Assembly (NCBI GenBank): GCA_016789905.1
Contig: JAEUQC010000023.1
Span: 2-64,001, forward strand
Origin: Bryobacterales bacterium
GTDB taxonomy: Bacteria; Acidobacteriota; Terriglobia; Bryobacterales; Bryobacteraceae
Reading direction: 5' to 3'
DNA length: 64,000 bases
A program made the translations under genes and the position numbers. Shown in pieces: positions 34,893 through 44,928 of this stretch (the stretch's first letter is position 1; each line of letters begins with the position of its first letter). The notes beneath the pieces are model-generated. The model was not told the origin of the DNA. It saw only the letters and a list, made by a program, of their open reading frames with translations, and did no database searches.

Positions 34893-36251
34893 ATGAAAAT
34901 TTCTCATATTCGTTGGATCGCGTTGGGCGCCGCCGCTGTTTGTCTGCTTGCCGGGTATGCGGTGACCGGGCAGAAGTCGCGGATGGTGACCGAGGCGGAT
35001 ATCCACCGCGCGACTCCCATTCCCGACCGTATCATCCTTACCTGGGCGGGCGACCCGGCGACAACCGCGGCCGTAACTTGGCGTACCGATACGACTGTAG
35101 ACACAGCCGTCGCGCAGATTGCCGTCGCCGAGGACGGCCCAGGCTTCGTCAAGAAGTCCAAAACCGTAAACGCCGTCACCGATAAAGCCACCGACCACTA
35201 TCACTCGCTGACCTTCACCGGCCTGCAACCTGACACCCAATACGTCTACCGCGTCGGCGATGGGGCGAATTGGAGCGATTGGAATCAGTTCCAAACCGCG
35301 GCCGCCGGACCGGCCCCGTTGGAGTTCATCTATGTTGGCGACGCCCAAAACGATATCTACTCGCTCTGGTCGCGGCTTATCCGGAACGGTTTTACCGAGG
35401 CGCCGAAGGCGCGTTTCATTCTCCACGCCGGCGACCTCGCCAACCGTGGCGTTGTCGACTACGAATGGGGCGAATGGCACGCCGCCGCTGGATGGATCAA
35501 CCGTTCCATTTTCGCTGTGCCCACTCCTGGCAACCATGAGTATCCGGCCGGCGAGGACAAAACCCGCAAGCTCACTCCCTATTGGCGCCGCCAGTTCACC
35601 CTCCCTGGGAACGGCGTTTCCGGATTGGAGGAGACAAATTACTGGTTCGATATTCAGGGCGTTCGTATCGTATCGATGAACTCAAACGAACGCCAGAAGG
35701 AGCAAGGCGAGTGGCTGGACAAACTGTTGACGAACAACCCGAACCAGTGGACCATTCTCACGTTCCATCACCCGATTCTTTCCACCGCCACCGGCCGCGA
35801 CAACAAGGCCCTCCGGGAAATGTGGCAGCCGGTTTTCGATAAACACCGCGTCGATATGGTGCTAACCGGGCACGACCACACGTACGGACGCAGCAACGTC
35901 GCCAGCGGCACCAGCGGAATGAAGGGCGGAACGGTCTACGTTGTTTCCGTTTCAGGCCCCAAGATGTACAACCTGGAGTGGGCGCCTTGGATGCAGCGCG
36001 CCGCCGAGGACACACAGCTCTATCAGGTCATTCGCGTCGATGGAAAACAGTTGCGCTATGAAGCCCGCACCGCGCGAGGGATGCTGTACGACGCCTTTAC
36101 GCTGACGAAATCCAAGGGCAGACCCAACAAACTCACCAACCCGCGGCTGCCGCACCGGGAACACTTCCGCTCAGCCGAAGAGAAGGCCGCGCTCGCGCGC
36201 GAAGCCGCCGAGCGGAAGGCCGCTGAAGAAAAGAAGAAGACGGCGAAATAG
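34893..36251 (+). CDS. Metallophosphoesterase, purple-acid-phosphatase-like, with Lys/Glu/Ala-rich C-terminal tail
   Basis: Calcineurin-like motifs appear in order: GDAQND, GDLANRG, GNHEY, HHP, GHDHTYGR. It has an N-terminal signal/anchor and an FN3-like PAP N-domain. The tail is EEKAALAREAAERKAAEEKKKTAK. Confidence 0.85.
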   Translation: MKISHIRWIALGAAAVCLLAGYAVTGQKSRMVTEADIHRATPIPDRIILTWAGDPATTAAVTWRTDTTVDTAVAQIAVAEDGPGFVKKSKTVNAVTDKATDHYHSLTFTGLQPDTQYVYRVGDGANWSDWNQFQTAAAGPAPLEFIYVGDAQNDIYSLWSRLIRNGFTEAPKARFILHAGDLANRGVVDYEWGEWHAAAGWINRSIFAVPTPGNHEYPAGEDKTRKLTPYWRRQFTLPGNGVSGLEETNYWFDIQGVRIVSMNSNERQKEQGEWLDKLLTNNPNQWTILTFHHPILSTATGRDNKALREMWQPVFDKHRVDMVLTGHDHTYGRSNVASGTSGMKGGTVYVVSVSGPKMYNLEWAPWMQRAAEDTQLYQVIRVDGKQLRYEARTARGMLYDAFTLTKSKGRPNKLTNPRLPHREHFRSAEEKAALAREAAERKAAEEKKKTAK

Positions 36252-36368
36252 GAACCCCGGCAGCGCTGGAAAGCGCCGGCGCCGTCTGTGGTGGAATAAG
36301 AAAAGCGATATGTTCGAAGCGCACAGACGAATTGCGCGGGAGGCGGCAAGCCGCGACGCGGCGAAGGA

Positions 36369-37520
36369 ATGAAGCAGGTCCTGCTGGTTTGCCCGGAGGC
36401 TCCTTACCCCATTCTGGGCGGCGGCGCCCAGCGCATCGCATCGTTGATCGAGTATTTCGTCGCGCGCGGATGCGCCGTTGACATTTTGACCTTCGTTCCC
36501 TGCACTGCCCCTTCCGCCTTCGTGCGGGATGTGTTACTCGTGCCGCTCCCTGCCAACGGCCGCTCTTTGCCGGCACGGCTTTGGCGCAACGCGGGCCGCC
36601 TGGTCCGTGGTGTCCCGCCGTTAATCGATCGCCTGGCCGGCTTCGAGGCGAGTGTTCGCGGTGTGATCGGCCCTCGACGCTACGACATCGCCATTTTGGA
36701 GCACTTCTGGGTGGCGCCTTACGTCGACGTCATTCGCGATTTCGCCGAACGCGTCTGGTGTGACCTGCACAATATCGAATCGCGATTTTTCCACACCATG
36801 GCCGGCGCCAGCGGTCCCTCCGCCGCCTGGGCCCACCTCCGATTCGCCAGGCTCAGTGAAAAGCTCGAAGCGGAACTCCTCCCGCGCTTCGACGGGTGCC
36901 TGGTCTGCTCGGAAAGCGATGCTCGGCTGGTCGGCAGCGTCGAAGCGGTAGTCTACCCGAACACCATCGGCTGGCACGAACGCGCTGAAACGGACAAGAC
37001 CGAATGCATCGTCTTTTCCGGCAACATGGAGTACCACCCGAACCAGCAGGCCGTCCGATGGTTCCACATGAACATCTGGCCCAAACTGCGATCGCGCTTC
37101 CCCGCCCTTCGTTGGCGCTTGGTGGGAATGAACCCGGACGCCGTTCGGAACGTCGCCGCCACGGACTCCCGCATCGAACTCACCGGAGCTGTTCCGGACG
37201 CCATGGCGGAGATCGCAACAGCGCGGCTTTCCGTAGTTCCATTGCTGGCCGGTAGTGGCACTCGAATCAAGATTCTGGAGGCATGGGCCGCTGGCACGGC
37301 CGTCGTGTCCACCACCCTGGGCGCGGAAGGACTGCCGGAGAGCCTTCGTATTGCCGACGGCGCCGCCGCATTTGAACGGGCCGTCGTCGAGCTTCTGAAT
37401 GACCCAGCCGAGCGCCGCCGGTTGGAAGAGGCGGGCCGAAACACCTATGAAAAGTATTACCACCGCCAGGCCGGATGGGCCATTTTGGACGCCAAGGGCC
37501 CCGGTCTGCACTTGAAGTAA
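36369..37520 (+). CDS. Glycosyltransferase family 4
   Basis: MKQVLLVCPEAPYPILGGGAQR..., and the C-terminal LLAGSGTRIKILEAWAAGTAVVST is an E-x7-E-like region. GAAGGA SD. Confidence 0.8.
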   Translation: MKQVLLVCPEAPYPILGGGAQRIASLIEYFVARGCAVDILTFVPCTAPSAFVRDVLLVPLPANGRSLPARLWRNAGRLVRGVPPLIDRLAGFEASVRGVIGPRRYDIAILEHFWVAPYVDVIRDFAERVWCDLHNIESRFFHTMAGASGPSAAWAHLRFARLSEKLEAELLPRFDGCLVCSESDARLVGSVEAVVYPNTIGWHERAETDKTECIVFSGNMEYHPNQQAVRWFHMNIWPKLRSRFPALRWRLVGMNPDAVRNVAATDSRIELTGAVPDAMAEIATARLSVVPLLAGSGTRIKILEAWAAGTAVVSTTLGAEGLPESLRIADGAAAFERAVVELLNDPAERRRLEEAGRNTYEKYYHRQAGWAILDAKGPGLHLK

Positions 37521-37585
37521 CAACCACGTTACGACTTCCACCTTAAATCCGGGTTAATCGGAGGTCTATACTGGAGGTACGTTTC

Positions 37586-38734
37586 ATGCGATTCAGCATT
37601 GACGCACACGCAATTGGCAGGCACTTAACGGGGAACGAGGTGTATGTTCGCAGTCTGCTTGAGGGCTTCGCGTCGCTCGACAAGAAATCGGAGTTCATCG
37701 CCTACACCAGCGTGCGTGGCGCGGAGGAGCACGTGCCGTCCCGTATTCGAACGCGGCGCGTGAGCGAGAACCCCTTCATCCGCCTCGGTATCGATTTGGC
37801 GCGCCGCGTCCACGCCGACGCCCCCGACCTGCTCCACGTACAATACACCGCGCCGCTGTTTTGCCCCGCGCCGGTAGTGGTCAGCATCCACGATGTCAGC
37901 TATCTGGAACACCCGGAATTCTTTCCCGCCAGCCGCCGGGTGCAGTTGCGGCTCAGCGTAGAGCGCACGGTTCGGCGCGCGGCGAAGATCCTGACGCTCA
38001 GCGAGTTCTCCCGCCAGGGAATTGCGCGGTCCTATAACCTGGACCCGGAACGCATCGCCGTTGTGCCCGCCGCCTGTTCCAACGTTTTTAAGCCAGTCTC
38101 GCGGCCAAAGGCGAAGTCCTTTGTCGAAGGCCGCTTTCAAATCAAGCATCCATTCATACTCTGTGTCGGCGATTTGCAGCCGCGCAAGAATCCGCTCGGC
38201 CTGATTCGAGCCTTTGAAGAGTTGATCGGCAACTGCCCGGAATTGCCGCATCATTTGGTGATGGTGGGCAAGGACACATGGTACGCCTCCAAGGTGCACC
38301 AGGCTGCGGAGCATTCTCCCTTCGGCAACCGCATCCACTTCACCGGCTACGTGGACGATACCGAGTTATTGCAGATCTACAACGCCTGCGACATCTTCGT
38401 CTTCCCGTCTTTCTACGAAGGGTTTGGCATCCCCATTCTGGAGGCGATGGCTTGCGGCCGGGCTGTCGCCTGCGCCAACACTTCCGCCATGCCGGAGGTG
38501 GCGGGAACGGCGGCCATCTTGTTCAATCCCCATTCCACCGAAGAGATGATGGTTTCCATGAGAAACCTGCTCCGGAACGCTGAGCTGCGATCCCGCAAGG
38601 AACGACTGGGGCAGCAAAACGCCGCTCGTTTCAGTTGGGAGGGAACGGCTAAGCAGACTCTGGACGTCTATTACCAGGTGGCTGGCACCCGCACCAGGAA
38701 GGCGCAGCGGGCCGCGCCAGTGGGACGCAGATAA
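37586..38734 (+). CDS. Glycosyltransferase family 4
   Basis: The canonical GT4 core is FILCVGDLQPRKN...FPSFYEGFGIPILEAMACGRAVACANTSAMPEV. GGAGG SD. Confidence 0.9.
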   Translation: MRFSIDAHAIGRHLTGNEVYVRSLLEGFASLDKKSEFIAYTSVRGAEEHVPSRIRTRRVSENPFIRLGIDLARRVHADAPDLLHVQYTAPLFCPAPVVVSIHDVSYLEHPEFFPASRRVQLRLSVERTVRRAAKILTLSEFSRQGIARSYNLDPERIAVVPAACSNVFKPVSRPKAKSFVEGRFQIKHPFILCVGDLQPRKNPLGLIRAFEELIGNCPELPHHLVMVGKDTWYASKVHQAAEHSPFGNRIHFTGYVDDTELLQIYNACDIFVFPSFYEGFGIPILEAMACGRAVACANTSAMPEVAGTAAILFNPHSTEEMMVSMRNLLRNAELRSRKERLGQQNAARFSWEGTAKQTLDVYYQVAGTRTRKAQRAAPVGRR

Positions 38735-38737
38735 GCG

Positions 38738-39406
38738 ATGCATAGGCTGTGGACAATCGGCGCGTTGTGTGCGCTTTCCCTGAACGCCGCCGGTCCGCGG
38801 GAAGAAAGTTTTCGCTACGAGGTGAAATGGCCAAGCGGGCTTGGCTTGGGCGAGGCGCAACTGCGCGCCGCGCGTGACGGCGGAAAATGGGTTCTCGAAT
38901 TCGAAATCGACGCCTCCATTCCCGGCTTCCGTGTCCTGGATCGCTACCGCTCCGTCGTAGATGAGAAGTTCTGCGCGCACGAGTTTTCAAAGGAGTTTGA
39001 ACACGGGCCCCGGAAGGGAAAGGAGACCACAACGTTCTCCGGCGGCAAGGCCAAACGCGTCACCGCGGGCGGCGGCGGTTCCAGCGAATTCGCCGTGCCG
39101 GCCTGCGCACGCGACGCGTTGACGTATCTATTCTTCGTTCGCGAAGAAGTGGCCCGCGGCCGTGTCCCCGCTTCCCAGAAACTTTACTTCGGCGCTGGTT
39201 ACGACGTTCGCATCGCCTCCGGCGTCGCCGAACAGGTGAAGATTTCCGAAGCTCCCATGGAAACTGATCGTCTTCGTGTAACCGTGGCCACGGTCAACGG
39301 TAAACTAGAGTTGGATTTGTTCCTGGCCCGGGACGAAGCGCGGACACCGGCACTCGTGCGGGTGCCATTTGCAATGGGCAATTTCTCTATGGAGTGGGTC
39401 CGCTGA
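38738..39406 (+). CDS. DUF3108-like secreted protein
   Basis: Signal peptide, then FRYEVKWPSGLGLGEAQL, RDALTYLFFVREE and a C-terminal beta-rich pattern that resemble DUF3108. It starts 3 nt after the preceding stop. Confidence 0.55.
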   Translation: MHRLWTIGALCALSLNAAGPREESFRYEVKWPSGLGLGEAQLRAARDGGKWVLEFEIDASIPGFRVLDRYRSVVDEKFCAHEFSKEFEHGPRKGKETTTFSGGKAKRVTAGGGGSSEFAVPACARDALTYLFFVREEVARGRVPASQKLYFGAGYDVRIASGVAEQVKISEAPMETDRLRVTVATVNGKLELDLFLARDEARTPALVRVPFAMGNFSMEWVR

Positions 39407-41421
39407 AGATTGCTCATTTCTCCCCGATGCCGCCGGCCAAAAGCGGTATCGCCGATTATTCGGCCGTGCTTGTGGATCACCTCCGCGCCAACGCGGAAGT
39501 CGAAACCATCTCCAGCGCCCGGCTTGGCTTCAGCGCCGCTTCCTTCGACGCTGTTTTCTACCAGATCGGCAACAACGGCTACCATGATTTCGTTTACGAA
39601 ACCGCCATCGCGCAGCCTGGCATCGTTGTGCTCCATGAATCGAATCTCCACCACCTGCTGACGGATCTCACCATCCGCCGCAAGGATTGGGATGCCTACG
39701 TGGAGGCGTGCGCTTACGATGGCGGTCCAGCCGCGGGCGCCTTCGCCGAACGCGTCCGCGCATTGGAAGTCGGCCCGGATTACGAGGGCGTTCCCATGCT
39801 GCGCCGCCTGCTCGAACGGTCAAAGGCCGTCATCGTCCATAGCCGCGCCGTCGAAACCGATGTGCGACGTGCTGGATTCAACGGCCCGGTCGCGCGCATC
39901 CCGCACGGCGCCTGGCTGCCGGATGGGGACCGCATGGGCTTCCGCGCCAGGCTCGGCCTCGACGAGCAAACGCCGCTGATTGGCGTGTTCGGTTTCCTGA
40001 AGCCGTACAAGCGCATCGCGGAAAGTCTCCGCGCCATGCGCCGTCTGGTCCGCGTTCGCCCGGACGTGAAGATGATTCTTTGTGGCGAAGCGCATCCCGA
40101 TTTTCCAGTGGCCGAACTGATCCGCGGTCTCGGGCTGGAGTCCAACGTCCGCATGATGGGCTACGTGCCCATAGAAGATTTCACTGGCTACATTTCCGCC
40201 TGCGACATTGTTCTGAACCTTCGCTATCCCACGGTAGGAGAGAGTTCCGGCACACTCCTTCGCTCGCTTGGCCTCGGCCGCGCGGTCATTGTCAGCAACG
40301 TAGGAAGCTTCGCCGAATTTCCCAATGGCATCTGCCTGAAGGTCCCCGTCGATGCCAGCGAGGAGGATTCTCTCTACGAGTATTTAAACCTGCTCGTCTC
40401 CCGTCCAGGCGTGGCGCGGGCGATGGGCGCCCGCGCCCGGCAATGGGTGGCCGACGAATGCAACTGGGGCCGAGTGGCTTCCATGTACCGGGACTTCGCC
40501 CACGCCGTTCGTGATGGCCGCGAATGGACCAACGCCGAGCCGTCCGTTCCAATTGCCGTCACCGAAGAAATTCCTGTCGAACTGATCGTAGACCTTCCGC
40601 CCGATCCGCCGGCGCCCAAACAAGTCGAACCCGAATACATCCTGAATTGGGCTGCCCGCGACGCCGAATCCACTTTCTACGCCGAAACCCACATCACGCG
40701 GCTGGAACGGACACTGAATCTAACGCCTCCGGGCAACGCTTCCGACCGCGTTCTGGAAATGGGCGCCTATATGCAAATGACGCCCGCTCTTCGCGGCCGT
40801 CTCGGCTATGGCGAAGTGCGCGGCTGCTACTACGGCCCCGCCGGGCAAATCGACCATCGCGAGGTCCGTTCCGCCGATGGCGAGATTTTCCGCTGCGATG
40901 TAGACCTCTTCGATGCCGAAAAGGACCCATTCCCCTATCCGGATGAGCACTTCACCACTGTCCTCTGCTGCGAACTCCTGGAACATCTCCCCAGCGACCC
41001 CATGTTCATGATGGCGGAGATCAACCGTATCCTCCGCCCGGGCGGCCATCTGGTAATCACCACTCCCAATGTCGCCTCCATTCGCGCGCTTCGGGCCATT
41101 CTTGAGGGGTATCATCCGGGCTTCTTCCCTGCCTACATTCGCCCCGCCGCTCCCGGTGCGGAGGTCGAAGCGCGCCACGCCCGCGAGTATACGCCGCGCG
41201 AGATTCACTATCTGCTCCAGGACGCCGGCTTCGAAGTCGCACGCTTGGAAACAGGCGAATTCCTCGATAAGCCTCGACCGGAAGAGCGCTGGATCATCCA
41301 CTTGCTGGAGCGGTACCAACTGCCCAAACACCTCCGGGGAGACGGCATCTATGCGGTCGGCAAGAAGCAAGGGCCCGTCGCCAAACGATACCCGGCGTGG
41401 CTTTACGAGGGCGGCGACTGA
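39394..41421 (+). CDS. Fusion protein: GT4 glycosyltransferase (N-terminal) + class I SAM-dependent methyltransferase (C-terminal)
   Basis: The GTG start overlaps the upstream gene by 13 nt. The GT4 core is VFGFLKPYKR...LRYPTVGESSGTLLRSLGLGRAVIVSNVG. The methyltransferase part is RVLEMGAY...VLCCELLEHLPSDPMFMMAEINRILRPGGHLVITTPN. Confidence 0.8.
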   Translation: MGPLKIAHFSPMPPAKSGIADYSAVLVDHLRANAEVETISSARLGFSAASFDAVFYQIGNNGYHDFVYETAIAQPGIVVLHESNLHHLLTDLTIRRKDWDAYVEACAYDGGPAAGAFAERVRALEVGPDYEGVPMLRRLLERSKAVIVHSRAVETDVRRAGFNGPVARIPHGAWLPDGDRMGFRARLGLDEQTPLIGVFGFLKPYKRIAESLRAMRRLVRVRPDVKMILCGEAHPDFPVAELIRGLGLESNVRMMGYVPIEDFTGYISACDIVLNLRYPTVGESSGTLLRSLGLGRAVIVSNVGSFAEFPNGICLKVPVDASEEDSLYEYLNLLVSRPGVARAMGARARQWVADECNWGRVASMYRDFAHAVRDGREWTNAEPSVPIAVTEEIPVELIVDLPPDPPAPKQVEPEYILNWAARDAESTFYAETHITRLERTLNLTPPGNASDRVLEMGAYMQMTPALRGRLGYGEVRGCYYGPAGQIDHREVRSADGEIFRCDVDLFDAEKDPFPYPDEHFTTVLCCELLEHLPSDPMFMMAEINRILRPGGHLVITTPNVASIRALRAILEGYHPGFFPAYIRPAAPGAEVEARHAREYTPREIHYLLQDAGFEVARLETGEFLDKPRPEERWIIHLLERYQLPKHLRGDGIYAVGKKQGPVAKRYPAWLYEGGD

Positions 41422-42539
41422 TGTTGAGGGTGCGCTTGGAACCAGTGGGCGGCGACGCGGCGGGTTGGCAACTGCTTGACGGCCGCACTAGCGCTCTTAT
41501 TGAAGAGGGGCCATGGGTAACGGAAGCCTCCGACTCCGAGGTCCCCGTTCCGGCCGATGACGGCGACTATCGTGTTCTCGTCTCCACCGTCAACACCGAG
41601 CGGGGCTGGGCCTATTCCCAGGGTGCCCGAATGCGTGTATTGGACGTCACTGTCCGTAGTGGAGCCGTCACTGTCACCCGGGATCGCCATACGACGCTTG
41701 CGGGCCTTCGCTGGAGCGGGCTTCCCGCCCGGCTCACCGCGTTCCTTTTCGAACCCTGGCTGTTGCTGTGGGGGAACCGGAATCTGATTGCGTCAATGGT
41801 CGGACGCGATTTGGAGGCCCGCTACAAAGGATCGTACGGGGACCGCGCCTGGACGTTCGCGCAGCCGCTACTTCTCATGCTGGCCTATTGGTTTGTCTTC
41901 GGGCTCGTACTGAAAACCCGCTTCGGTGACGACTCGAACCCCTCGATATACATGCTCTTCTTCCTTTGCGGTATGTTGCCGTGGCTGGCTATCAGTGAGG
42001 CTGTAGGCCGCGCGCCAAACGTAATTCTGGAACATCGAAACTTTGTGAAGAAGCTGGTATTTCCCGTCGAAATACTGCCCGCCAACCTGGTGTTTTCGGG
42101 TCTGGTCTCCAGCGGCCTCGCGCTCATCGTATACCTGTTTTTTCTCATGGCGACCCGCGAACACATTCCGCCGGAGGCGCTATGGCTGCCGGTAGTGCTT
42201 GTACCTCAGGCGGTCTTTACCCTCGGCGTTTGTTGGGCCTGGGCCGGACTTGGCCTCTTTGCGCGCGACCTGGCGCAGGTGAATGGTTTCCTATTGACAC
42301 TGGTGTTCTTCCTTACCCCCATTTGCTACCCGATGGAAAAATTGCCGGCCCGCGCGGTAACGATTCTCCAGAAAAGCCCTGTCTACAAACTGGTCGGAGA
42401 ATACCGTCTGCTGTTTATTTCGGAATCCGCGCCGGACTGGATGGTTATGGGACAACTCATGGGAATGAGCTTGGTGATCTTCTACTTGGGATATGGAGTG
42501 TTCCGGAAATTGCGGCCCAGCTTTCCGGACGTTTTGTGA
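41421..42539 (+). CDS. ABC-2 type polysaccharide export permease (Wzm/TagG-like) with ~100-aa N-terminal extra domain
   Basis: ATG 41421 shares its A with the upstream TGA. The alternative ATG 41397 lies inside the upstream gene. The Wzm/TagG signature is NLIASMVGRDLEARYKGSYGDRAWTFAQPLLLMLAYWFVFG, followed by 6 TM helices. The N-terminal beta-rich region GDYRVLVSTVNTERGWAYSQGARMRVLDVTV has no recognised family. Confidence 0.8.
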   Translation: MLRVRLEPVGGDAAGWQLLDGRTSALIEEGPWVTEASDSEVPVPADDGDYRVLVSTVNTERGWAYSQGARMRVLDVTVRSGAVTVTRDRHTTLAGLRWSGLPARLTAFLFEPWLLLWGNRNLIASMVGRDLEARYKGSYGDRAWTFAQPLLLMLAYWFVFGLVLKTRFGDDSNPSIYMLFFLCGMLPWLAISEAVGRAPNVILEHRNFVKKLVFPVEILPANLVFSGLVSSGLALIVYLFFLMATREHIPPEALWLPVVLVPQAVFTLGVCWAWAGLGLFARDLAQVNGFLLTLVFFLTPICYPMEKLPARAVTILQKSPVYKLVGEYRLLFISESAPDWMVMGQLMGMSLVIFYLGYGVFRKLRPSFPDVL

Positions 42540-42540
42540 C

Positions 42541-43902
42541 ATGCCAGAATACGGATTAAGAGAGCCCAGCTATCTGGGCGGGGCCGGCCGGTCACTTATA
42601 GCCGCCGTACCGGTTGTGCTTGGTTTGGCCGCCCTCGGCGCGGTCGGCTATCTGTGGGTAAAGTCCACCACGCCCCAAGTCGAACTCGTTGGGGGCTTCC
42701 CGCGCGCCATGGGCCCATCCACGCCGTTGCGGATTCGATGGACGAATCCGCATGGCGCCCGCCGCGTCACCGTCGCCGTGGAACAGAATGGCGTACGTAC
42801 CGTTGCGTTTGAATCGATCCAACCGGCCATCCGTTTCGCCTTTGTCCGGACCGCGGCTCCACCGGCGGAAGTGGCGGTGACGGTTCCCAAAGGCAGCTTG
42901 GTGCCCGGCAACGCGACACTCACCGTTGAAGTCGCCTCCAACGATCTGCGCTCCCAGGTGGCCAGTGTCAGCCGGCAACTGCCTGTTGTGCTGGAAAAAC
43001 CTCGCGTTTCCGCCGGCGAGGAACCGGTCTTCCTCCGCCGCGGCGGCACCGGTTTTGTCACTTTCACCGTCGGTGGCGGGTGGGATACGGCCGGTGTCCG
43101 CGTCGGTAAATTCTTCTTCCCCAGTTGGCCCGTCAAGGGCCGCCCTGAACGCCGCGTCAGCATTTTTTCCATCCCCCCGGAGGTGCCTGGCGATGCCGTT
43201 GCCGAACTCGTTGCCAGAAACGCGATTGGCGATGAGGCGGCCTCCCCATTCCGCTACAAAGTTACGGCGGTCAAGTTCCGCGACCGCACACTGGAGCTTG
43301 GGGACCGTCTGATGGACAAAGTGCTCGGCGAACTCGACGCAGGTACTACCGGCGAAGCTGCCGCGCGCTTCGCCCGCATCAACTCCGTGATGCGCCGCGC
43401 CAACGACGCCGTTCTTGCCGAATACTCCCGCAATAGCGGACCTCGACCGCTTTGGAAAGATGCCTTCGTCATGCTGCCAAAAGGCAAAGCCGAGGCCCTT
43501 TTCGCCGACCACCGGACCTACAAATACGCAGGTAAGGAGTTGAATCGGGAATGGCACCTTGGCATCGATATGGCCTCCGTGCAACAGGCTCCCGTGCCCG
43601 CTGGTAACGCCGGCAAGGTCGTACACGCCGGTCGCCTCGGCATCTACGGTAACTGCGTCGTTATCGACCACGGGCTGGGCGTTCTCACCGTCTACGGCCA
43701 TATGAGTAATCTGGCGGTGAAGGTGGGCGATACAGTGACGCGCGGCCAGCAGATTGGCAAATCCGGCATGACCGGCCTGGCCGGCGGTGATCATCTTCAC
43801 CTTGGCCTGATGGTCAGCGGCGCCTTTGTCGATCCGGTCGAATGGTCATTCCAAAACTGGATGGACCGTACCGTGAAACCGGTCCTGGAATCCTTAGAGT
43901 AG
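42541..43902 (+). CDS. M23/LytM-family metallopeptidase with N-terminal TM anchor
   Basis: ATG 42541 lies 1 nt after the Wzm stop; the track ORF starts at 42493. The M23 HxxxD and HxH motifs are in HLGIDMA...[17 protein letters not shown]...GDHLHLGL. Confidence 0.85.
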   Translation: MPEYGLREPSYLGGAGRSLIAAVPVVLGLAALGAVGYLWVKSTTPQVELVGGFPRAMGPSTPLRIRWTNPHGARRVTVAVEQNGVRTVAFESIQPAIRFAFVRTAAPPAEVAVTVPKGSLVPGNATLTVEVASNDLRSQVASVSRQLPVVLEKPRVSAGEEPVFLRRGGTGFVTFTVGGGWDTAGVRVGKFFFPSWPVKGRPERRVSIFSIPPEVPGDAVAELVARNAIGDEAASPFRYKVTAVKFRDRTLELGDRLMDKVLGELDAGTTGEAAARFARINSVMRRANDAVLAEYSRNSGPRPLWKDAFVMLPKGKAEALFADHRTYKYAGKELNREWHLGIDMASVQQAPVPAGNAGKVVHAGRLGIYGNCVVIDHGLGVLTVYGHMSNLAVKVGDTVTRGQQIGKSGMTGLAGGDHLHLGLMVSGAFVDPVEWSFQNWMDRTVKPVLESLE

Positions 43903-44925
43903 CGCCGGGCCGCGCACTTGCGGACTGGGGCGGAAGGCGCCGGCTCGCCGCATCACCTCAGCGGCGATCTCCAACGACCGCAGCCGGTCCTCATGACGGT
44001 AGGCATCAGTAGTAAACATCAACTCATCGGCCTCCGTGGCCGCCAGGAACCGTCGCACCTTCGCCTCCACGGTCGCCGGACCGCCCACAATCGCCACCGC
44101 CAATTTTCCTTCCACCACGTCCCGCTCCGCCGCATTCCAAAGACCATCCATCGAATCCACCGGCGGCACAGTGTAGATCGGCTCTCCGCGTATCAGCCGC
44201 AGGAATCGCTGCTTTGGCGATGTCGACAACCTTTCCGCCTCGGCATCTGTATTGGCCGCGATCATCGGCACCCCAGCCAATACGTATGGCCGCGCCAAAC
44301 TTGCCGACGGTTGAAACTGCTCCCGGTACAATCGAATCGCTTCGAATAACATTTCCGGCGCGAAATGGCTCGCAAATCCAAAGGGCAATCCCTTCTTCGC
44401 CGCCAGTTGCGCGCTGAACGTGCTCGATCCCAACAGCCACACCGGCACGTTCAGTCCCGCTCCCGGCACCGCCGTCACGTGCTGTCCCGCTACCGGCGGC
44501 GCCATATAGGCAAGCAATTCTTCCAATAGATCCGGCAAATCGTCGCCCGTCTGCCGAAGTGTCCGCCGCAAAGCACGCGCCACGTATCCGTCTCCGCCAG
44601 GCGCCCGCCCAATGCCCAAATCGATGCGTCCTGGATACAGCGTCTCCAGCGTGCCAAACTGCTCGGCAATCACCAGCGGCGCGTGATTCGGCAGCATGAT
44701 TCCGCCCGAACCCACCCGGATCGTTGTCGTTCCCGCCGCCACATGGCTGATCAGAATGGACGTCGCCGCGCTTGCAATGCCAGCCATGTTGTGGTGTTCG
44801 GCCAGCCAGAATCGGGTGTAGCCCCACTGCTCGGCGTGCCGCGCCAGGTCAAGCGAATTGCGGAAGCTCTCGGTGATCGTGCCACCCTCCCGCACCGGAG
44901 CCAGGTCCAGAATCGAATACCGCAT
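43894..44925 (-). CDS. LLM-class (luciferase-like) flavin-dependent oxidoreductase
   Basis: [11 protein letters not shown]...[25 protein letters not shown]...[39 protein letters not shown] is the conserved LLM family N-terminus. Confidence 0.9.
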   Translation of the reverse strand: MRYSILDLAPVREGGTITESFRNSLDLARHAEQWGYTRFWLAEHHNMAGIASAATSILISHVAAGTTTIRVGSGGIMLPNHAPLVIAEQFGTLETLYPGRIDLGIGRAPGGDGYVARALRRTLRQTGDDLPDLLEELLAYMAPPVAGQHVTAVPGAGLNVPVWLLGSSTFSAQLAAKKGLPFGFASHFAPEMLFEAIRLYREQFQPSASLARPYVLAGVPMIAANTDAEAERLSTSPKQRFLRLIRGEPIYTVPPVDSMDGLWNAAERDVVEGKLAVAIVGGPATVEAKVRRFLAATEADELMFTTDAYRHEDRLRSLEIAAEVMRRAGAFRPSPQVRGPALL

Positions 44926-44928
44926 TGC

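Noticed and set aside
36252-36368. Possible terminator hairpin after the metallophosphoesterase gene (GCGCT-GGAA-AGCGC)
   Set aside because: The stem is only 5 bp, it cannot be extended, and no U-tract follows. It is too weak to call.
42592-43800. 402-aa minus-strand ORF
   Set aside because: It is antisense to the M23 peptidase gene (HxxxD/HxH motifs present on the plus strand) and has no recognisable features.
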